Assembly: GCA_000004695.1 (NCBI GenBank)
Contig: CM000154.2
Span: forward strand, 4,128,001-4,192,000
Length of the DNA stretch: 64,000 nucleotides
Origin: Dictyostelium discoideum
Lineage: Eukaryota
Direction: 5' to 3'
The notes beneath the pieces are model-generated. The model was not told the DNA's origin. It saw only the letters and a program-made list of their open reading frames with translations, and made no database searches. Positions 43,986-64,000 of this stretch are shown here, piece after piece. The translations under genes and the position numbers were made by a program. Position 1 is the stretch's first letter, and every line of letters starts with the position of its first letter.

Positions 43986-45877
43986 ATAATATTCATGATC
44001 AAGATCCTGAAGTCATTGAAATGGCAACAGTTTATCATTATGATGAAGATGAATTGGAAGAGGTTTTATCTGATAATTGTAATGATAATGGTGCAAGTGA
44101 TGAATTTAATGGTAGTGTTAATAATAATGGTGCTGGTAGTGGTGGTGGTGGTAATAATAATAGTTCAAGTGAATTAAATTTAACATTTGATATAATTGGT
44201 AGTAAAATTAGTAAAAGTTTAAAAGAAATTAGTACACATGTTGTTAAACCAACAACAACATTTTTTCAACCACTTGGTGATAGAGCAAAGAGATTTATGT
44301 CAATGGGTAAACAAAAGAGTGATGAAGCATTGTTGAAAGAGGCATTTAGAGAGTATTATCATTTTTTAGTGATTTTAAAGAATTATCAAGTTATAAATTA
44401 TACTGGTTTTGTAAAGATTATTAAAAAGTCTGAAAAGAATACAGGTCTTTCAATAGGGTCACAAGTGATGTCATTTATTGAATCTCAACAATTTAGACAG
44501 TCTAAAAAGATTGAACGTTTGACATCATCAATTGAAAAGATTCATTCAGAGTTATTTAATAATGGTAAGATTAGAGATGCAAGAAAACAATTACGTAACT
44601 CTGAACATGTTTCACAACAGTCACCAACTATATCAAACTTTTTCAGTGGTGTTTGTGCAGGTTGGACTAGCGCATTGTTGATGTTGATTTACTACTTTAT
44701 CTACACCAAGGAGTTTGACGATTTCGTCAGGTTCTCTTCGATTTACAATGTTTACAGTGCGTTTGGGTTGGTGCTGCTGTGGGCGTTCATATTCGGTATA
44801 GATTGCTGGGTTTGGACGAAATCGCATGTTCATTACAGTTTTATATTTGAATTGTCAAAAAATAAATTCAACCATGTTAAAATATTTCAAGCGGTGACTC
44901 TATTGTCAGTGATGTGGATTACGAGTATTGGTGTATACATGTGGCAGTCGGTGAGTGGTGATGACTTTCCATTCCCATTCGTGCCACCGGAATATAACCC
45001 ATTGGTATTGTTTGGTGCGTATATGTTGATATTGGTTTGTCCATTCAATATCTTTCAATTGTCTGTTAGAAAATGGTTTTTAAATACAGTGTTTAGGGTA
45101 TTGACTGCACCAATTAAGTCTGTTAAATTCAAGGATTTCTTTATGGGTGACCAGTTGAGTAGTTTAGTATTGATGATTGTCCAATTCGCTCAGTTTGTTT
45201 GTTTTTACACTTATGATGTTTACAGACCTGAGCATAGTGGAGGGTGTATTCGATATGCACGTTATTTCAATCCATTCATATCTGGTTTACCAGCATATTG
45301 CCGTCTAATGCAATGTTTCAGACGTTACTATGACAGTTATGACAGCACCACTGGTAAGGGTGACACTGTACATCTCAGAAATGCCGTTAAATATTCATTA
45401 TCAATTGTAGTGGTGGTTTGCTCAACTTTGGATGGTTTCTTCTCTGGTGACAGTGGTTGGCATTCACCATATAGATTAATTTGGGTAGTTGCAGGTGTAT
45501 CGAATTCAATGTATTCCTATTGGTGGGATTTAATATGTGATTGGAGTATTGTAGTTAGACCAAAAGGTCAACATTGGAACCCATTCAAATGGACTCTTAG
45601 AAAGAGAAGAATGTATCAACCTACCTTTGTTTACTATTTTGCAATCTTTTCAAATCTTGGATTTAGAACAACTTGGACCTTTACAAAATCATTACCACAA
45701 TTAACAAACATTTTACCATCTTATAAATTAGTTGTCGTAATTGGTATTATTGAAATCCTAAGAAGAGGTCAATGGAATATTTTTAGATTAGAAAATGAAC
45801 ATTTAAATAATTGTGGTAAATTTAGAGTAACAAGAGAAATACCATTACCCTATCAAATTAGAGATAATGAAAATTAA
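42905..45877 (+). CDS. SPX-EXS domain protein (XPR1/PHO1/Syg1-like phosphate exporter-like), 2 exons
   Basis: Exon 1 starts at ATG 42905 (MKFGKYLESQ…, SPX N-terminal signature MKF.K.L). An intron of ~175 nt contains tandem ttttctattttta repeats; acceptor acAG at 43119-43120. Exon 2 (43121..45877) is in frame with ORF 43373..45877 (…STWSDRYVDYKGIRKSLKRFK…). The C-terminal EXS domain with multiple TM segments ends …WWDLICDWSIVVRPKGQHWNPFKWTLRKRRMYQ…. The exon-1 donor is ambiguous: GTGGAG at 42935 (phase 0) keeps the conserved Trp, whereas GTATCT at 42945 (phase 1) does not. Confidence 0.8.
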
Positions 45878-45964
45878 ATAAATAAATAAATAAATAACAA
45901 CACATATATTTTTTTATTTTATTTTTTTTATTTTTTTTTTATTTTATTTATTTATTATTATTTT

Positions 45965-47377
45965 TTATTGAAATGAACAATTTGATGGATTTATATTAAA
46001 TTCTTGATTTGAATTATGAATTTGTAATAATTCACTACATTTTTTATTTATAGATAAATTTATTGAATATAATTCTTCTCTTATAAATTTCATCATTGAT
46101 AATAGATCATTTGGATCAGGTGGTGGAGTATTATTATAATTTTCAAGATTATCAAAAATTGAAGATGATTGTCTTTGTTTTAAATTTTTTGGTAAAATTA
46201 TAGTTGAATCAATCATTTTTAATAATTCTTTAATATAAATTAATTCTTGTGAAATTGATTTTATTTCTTTTTTAGCTTGAAATAGAATTGATTGATTATT
46301 ATTATTATTATTTATATTACTATTTTCATTTAAAAGTTGTCTATATTTAAATTCAGTTTCATGAATTTGTAATTTTAAATTTTCATTAATTTGTAAAATT
46401 TGATTAAATTCTTGATCTTTTTGTTTTTGAGTATCTTCAAAATTTTTTATAGTTTGGTCATATTCGTTCAAGATGTTTATAGATTCTGCTAATTTAGTTT
46501 CAGAATTTTGTAATTTTAATTCTAAAAAATCAATTTGTAAAGAGAGTGCATTAATTTCATTCAATTTCTCAGATAGTGTTGTTTGTAGTGTTTGTTCAGA
46601 TTTTGATTTTTGATTTGATTGTTCACGTTGTGTGGCTTGTAATCTTTGATTTTGTTGATGAAGATCTTGCAGTTTTAATTTATAGTCTGATAATTGCTGT
46701 CGAATTTGTTTTTCATTATCAGTGATTGATATTGTACCATCTTCATATTTTGTAATTCTATTCTCAAGTTCTAATATTCTTTCATTTAATTGTGCATTCT
46801 TTATGAGTAAATCACTTGAAAACCGTTTATTCTTATCGGTGGTCTCTAATAATGTTATGATTTGTTGTTCCTGTGATTGGGATTTCTTTAACAGTCTCTC
46901 TACCTCCATAGATTGTTGATAGGATTTTTGAGATTGTTTCTCAATTTCAAAGTATTGATTCTTTATTAATTGATCTTGTGTATTTGAAAATTCCTTTAAA
47001 TTATCATACTGTTTAGTTATTGATTGGATTTCATTCCTTAATTCATTCTCTTTAATTCTCCAATCATTTTCAGTTTCTTGTTTAATAATTTGAATTTCTT
47101 TAATTAATTCTTCAATTTGTTTTTTAAATTTTTCTTTTTCAATTTCATTTATTATTGTTATATTTTCATTTTGAGTTGGTGTTTCTATATCATTATTATT
47201 TACATTTTGTTGTTGTTGTGGTTGTGATTGTTGTTGTGGTTGATGATTTGTAAAGTTATTGTTATTGTTATTATTATTATTATTAGTATTATTTATTTTA
47301 TTTAAGGGGTATTTATCAACTGTTAAAGGTCTTTTAAATTTCGGTGTTTTAAATGGATCATTATTTATATTATTCAT
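45965..47377 (-). CDS. hypothetical coiled-coil protein (470 aa)
   Basis: Intronless ORF. Poly-N/Q N-terminus, then ~300 residues of heptad-like charged sequence (EIEKEKFKKQIEELIKEIQIIKQETEND…LQATQREQSNQKSKSEQTL…) and a C-terminal non-repetitive tail. Confidence 0.65.
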   Translation of the reverse strand: MNNINNDPFKTPKFKRPLTVDKYPLNKINNTNNNNNNNNNNFTNHQPQQQSQPQQQQNVNNNDIETPTQNENITIINEIEKEKFKKQIEELIKEIQIIKQETENDWRIKENELRNEIQSITKQYDNLKEFSNTQDQLIKNQYFEIEKQSQKSYQQSMEVERLLKKSQSQEQQIITLLETTDKNKRFSSDLLIKNAQLNERILELENRITKYEDGTISITDNEKQIRQQLSDYKLKLQDLHQQNQRLQATQREQSNQKSKSEQTLQTTLSEKLNEINALSLQIDFLELKLQNSETKLAESINILNEYDQTIKNFEDTQKQKDQEFNQILQINENLKLQIHETEFKYRQLLNENSNINNNNNNQSILFQAKKEIKSISQELIYIKELLKMIDSTIILPKNLKQRQSSSIFDNLENYNNTPPPDPNDLLSMMKFIREELYSINLSINKKCSELLQIHNSNQEFNINPSNCSFQ

Positions 47378-47908
47378 TCTTTTTTTTTTTTTTTTTTTTT
47401 AATTTGAAAAAATGTTATTTTTAAAAAAAAAAAAAAAATTTAAAAATAATTAAAAAAAAAAAAATTTGGCGAAGCGCACATTTTCAATTTTTTTTTTTAT
47501 TTTTTTTTTTTATTTGAAATGAAAATTACTTTTTAATAATGGACGCTCGATAAAAACATTGATCAAAAATTAATTTAAAAGAGAAATAAAAGTAGAAAAA
47601 AGGATCTTTTTTTTTTTTTTTAAATTTTTAATTTAATTTGTTTTAATTTTTTTTATTTTTAATAATCTTTTTATTTTTTTTACCTTTTCATTATTATAAT
47701 AAAATTAAAAAAAAAAAAAAAAAAAAAAAGATCCGAGATATTTTTTTATTTTAAAATAATTTTTTTTTAAAAAAAAACTTTTTTTTTTTTTATTTTTATT
47801 TTTTTTATTTTTTTTTTTTTTGGTCATTTTTTTTTTTTGATCATTTTTTTTTTTTTTATTTTTAAATTCTTACCTTCAGACAAAAAAAAAAAATAAAAAA
47901 AAAACACA

Positions 47909-48760
47909 ATGGAAAGCAATGAAATTATAATTGATAAAATTAATATTCTCTTTTGGAAAGTATGGAGAAATAAATATGCAATTTCAAATATTTTGAAATT
48001 TTGTAGTACTGATGGTAAAAGTAAAAGAGAATTTACATATAAAAATAGTGAAATTTTTAATGTTTGTTGGTTAATTGAAAATAATCATTTAGGATTATTA
48101 TTTAATAAAGTTAGAAATGGAGAACCATTAACATTTGGACCATCAACATCAACATCAACAACATTATCAACATCATCAACTAAAAATAATAATGAAAATA
48201 ATAATGAAAATTATTATGAAGATTTACCTTATTTTTATTTTAAATTTCCAAATTTTCAAAATTCATGGGTTTCAAAAAGTACAGAATTTTATTCAAACCT
48301 TTTTAAAAATTATTCAAATTATTTTACATTTAATAAAAAATGTAAAGATACAACTGCATTAATTTTCGTAAAATTGGATATAGTAATTGGCTTAGAAGTT
48401 TTAGTTAAAGAATATTTTGATTGTAATAATAATAATGATATAATTCAAAAATATAATGAATTATTACCAAAATCTATTTACAGTGGTTCATTAAATGTCG
48501 CAAACTTTTTATATAATCAAATTAATGGATTTGGTAAATTAGTTAGAGTTAGTAGTAGAAGTAGTATAATGTTATCAAAACCATTAATTAATGGTTTGGG
48601 TAATAGTTTAAATAATCTTAGTAATGTAATGAAATCATCATCATTAAAGCCATTGAATCCAAATAAAGTTTGGAAAAGGGTTATGGAATTATTTAAACAA
48701 CAACAAAAAACAACAACAACATCATCAACAATACCATTTGATATGGTTGATTTTGTTTAA
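47909..48760 (+). CDS. hypothetical protein (283 aa)
   Basis: ORF with a reasonable ATG context; no recognisable domain. It may belong to the same gene as the ORF starting 62 bp downstream (see findings). Confidence 0.45.
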   Translation: MESNEIIIDKINILFWKVWRNKYAISNILKFCSTDGKSKREFTYKNSEIFNVCWLIENNHLGLLFNKVRNGEPLTFGPSTSTSTTLSTSSTKNNNENNNENYYEDLPYFYFKFPNFQNSWVSKSTEFYSNLFKNYSNYFTFNKKCKDTTALIFVKLDIVIGLEVLVKEYFDCNNNNDIIQKYNELLPKSIYSGSLNVANFLYNQINGFGKLVRVSSRSSIMLSKPLINGLGNSLNNLSNVMKSSSLKPLNPNKVWKRVMELFKQQQKTTTTSSTIPFDMVDFV

Positions 48761-48822
48761 ATAAATTATTAATTACACCACCATCATCATCATCATCATC
48801 ATCAACATCATCAACACTAACT

Positions 48823-50547
48823 ATGAATGAGTTTAAAATGCCAAATCATTTCATTCATAGTTTTATATATAATGAAAAAGTTTCACAACTTTTAGAAATT
48901 AGTAAATGTTTAATATCATTATCGAGTTATTATCAAGATTATTATCAACAATTAATTAATAAATCTTATAAATTAAACTCATCAACTTTAAAATCATATG
49001 AAAATGTTATTAAAATTTTAATTAATGATAAACCGGAGAAATTATTAACAATTGAAGAATTTGAAATTATTAAAGAGAAATTTAAAAATCAAAATATTTT
49101 AGAATTAAAAGTTTATGAAATTTGTTGTACAGATTCAAATGTACAATATTTATTTAAAATGATTTTACCATTCATATCATTATCAAAGCTATTAAATAAT
49201 CTATCATTCTATAAAATGAAATATAATGCAAATTATCATCGTGATCCAATTCATGATATTGTAAATTACCATAACCCAATTTCATTTGGCGATTATTTAG
49301 TTTTACAAAATTCAAATAATTCTAAAACAATAATTGAACAATTTTCAACAAATACATTATTTAAATATTGTAAATCTGATAAAGAAAAACAATTACAATT
49401 CATTTCAAATGTAATTAATGATATTATTAAATTTGAAAAATATGAAAATTTTAAAAATCAAAATCAAGAATTGGGTGAAAAAGTAGATGATGATGAACAA
49501 CAAATTAATCAATCATCATCATCAAGTGATTTAATTAATAGTTTTTTATCAACATTAATTGTATTAAATCAATATGAATTTATTAAATTAGTATTTGAAG
49601 AATTATCAAAAAGATTAATTAATCCAATAATATCAATACCATATTATTATTTCCTTTTATTAGATTCAATTGAAATTTTTGATTATTTATTTTTAAAAGT
49701 TAAACAACAACAACAAAAAGATCAAAAATTAAATAATGAATTAGATTTAAAACAATTTTTATTAATTAAAAATGAAATAATTATAAATCATTTTAAAGAG
49801 AAATATCCAGATAGTTATCATTTAATGGTTGAATTAATAATTAAAGAATTAAAATTAAATGCAAAAAGAAATTCAATTGATTTTAAATGTGTAAAGTATG
49901 CTTGGGATTTACATTTATTAGAATCAAAAGATGATTTTAAAATCATTTGGTATTCAATTATTATTGATGAATTAACATTTGATCAATACATTTGGTTAAT
50001 TCAAAGAACACCAAAATCAATTCCATATAGAATTGGTAATCTTAATAATAGTGATACCTATTTTAAAAATAATAATAATGATGATGAAGATGATAAAAAT
50101 TATTTTTCAAATTGTGGTAGTAATCCAAATAAAAATTTAATTCAAGTTTTTAAATGGATTGATGAAAATAAGAGAGACCATTTAGTTTCATCTGATCATC
50201 ATTTATATTGTTATTTTGATAATCAAGTATTTTATTTATTTAATTACTTTAATAAATCTTTAAATTTTTATATTGGATTATGTATTTCTCAATATTTCTT
50301 TAAATTTATGAATCCAGTTTGGAATCAAATTGCATTACGTGGTGATACTGAAACTTTAGGTAGAATAATGTCAACTTTCTTTTACAATGAACAACAATCA
50401 GTTAATGAAAAACATTATCTTTATAATTTCATTAAAAAGTCAACAATTTATGGAAACTTAAAAATTATTCAATTTTTAAATCAAAATTATCCTTTTGTTT
50501 TTCAAACATTTAAAGATTCTTCACAATCATTCTCATTTTCTTCTTCA

Positions 50548-50615
<68 letters not shown>

Positions 50616-50715
50616 TAATAATAATATTGATAATATTGATAATAATAAAAATAATAATAATACACCAACAAAAAAAAATAGATTCTCGGTAGCAATAACA
50701 AGTTTAATTAAAAAC

Positions 50716-50804
<89 letters not shown>

Positions 50805-51072
50805 TTTTAATAATAATAATAATTCAAATAATTTGAATAATAATCCATTAAAGAAATTATTAAAAACTGATTTGGATAGTATAATAGAGTTATGTATAAA
50901 TAATGGTCATGTTGAATTATTTTTATACTTTAAAAATTCAATTTTACATTCATCTTTTTCAATTCCAACTTGTATTATTCAATCTAAAAACAATGTTTCC
51001 TTATTAAATCATTTAAATATAAAATTGAATTCTGAAATTTTAAATGGAAAGAAAATAAAGAATATGTTTTAA
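48823..51072 (+). CDS. hypothetical protein (749 aa) with two poly-Asn tracts near the C-terminus
   Basis: Long ORF. (AAT)n at ~50540..50610 and ~50712..50800. No recognisable domain. Confidence 0.5.
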
Positions 51073-51787
51073 GTTAAAAAAAAAAAAAAAAAACTAGAAA
51101 AGTTTGTTTTGGTCATCGGTTTATTTTTTTAAGTGTTTTTTTTTTTAAGTTTTTTAAAGTTTAAAAAAATAAAAAAATTTCTTATTTTAATTTGTGTTTA
51201 ATTTCATTTTGAAAAAAAATAAAAAAATTGATAATTTCTTTAAATGAAATATATTCACTACTAGTTGTTCTTCAAAATTAAATTCCATAATTATTTTTTG
51301 AAAATTAAAAAAAATTACAAACTAATATCAAATAATCCAAGAATCCTAATTTTATTCCAAATTTAAAATAAAATAAAATAAAACAAAATAAAATAAAATA
51401 AATTAAAAAAGAAAACCACATAAAATTATTACATCCCAAACTTAAAATATTTTTTTTATTTTTTTTTTTTTTTTATTTTTTTTTATTTTTTTTTATTTTT
51501 TTTAAATTTTTATTAAATTTTTTTTTTTTTTTTTTTAATTTAAATTTTTTTTTTTTTTTTTCTTTTAAAAATTTTGAAAATCAAATTTGGAAAGGGGGGG
51601 TTGACCTCTTCATTGATTTTCTTTGAAATTTAAATAAAAAATAAAATATAAAAAAAAAAATAAAAAATAAAAAAATAAATATTTATTTATATCGTTCAAC
51701 AATTCAAAAAAAAAAAAAACAAAAAACATAAAACATATAAAATATAAAATATAAAATATAAAATATAAAATATAAAATATAAACAAA

Positions 51788-64000
<12,213 letters not shown>

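Overview
This window is eukaryotic nuclear DNA, about 78% AT, with the hallmarks of Dictyostelium discoideum (social amoeba) chromosomal sequence. Those hallmarks are short AT-rich introns (GTAAGT or GTATGT donors, 70-260 nt), very long A/T homopolymers between genes, and (AAT)n and (CAA)n tracts inside ORFs that encode poly-Asn and poly-Gln. I resolve about 23 protein-coding genes on both strands, most with 0-3 short introns.

The recognisable genes are:
- a PH-like + LRR + RhoGAP protein;
- an atg8 ubiquitin-like autophagy gene with 4 exons;
- an IQ-DH-PH RhoGEF;
- a PRELI/MSF1 protein;
- Xaa-Pro aminopeptidase P;
- a PH-domain protein with a coiled coil of more than 1400 aa;
- two tandem paralogous B-box/FNIP-repeat genes plus a decayed third copy;
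- an SPX-EXS (XPR1/PHO1-like) phosphate-transporter-like gene;
- the first ~4000 codons of a giant multi-P-loop AAA+ ATPase (dynein/midasin/RNF213-class) that runs off the window end.

The most unusual locus is a minus-strand gene whose 3' two thirds is a near-perfect 21-bp tandem array of about 100 units encoding the heptad GGENNQD. It is interrupted by a 100-N assembly gap and is accompanied about 2 kb away by a decayed partial duplicate. I found no rRNA, no complete tRNA, no transposons and no CRISPR array; this is gene-dense core chromosome, not an accessory island. I could not run any computation, so all exon boundaries are hand-derived from reading frames and splice consensus and need RNA or alignment confirmation.
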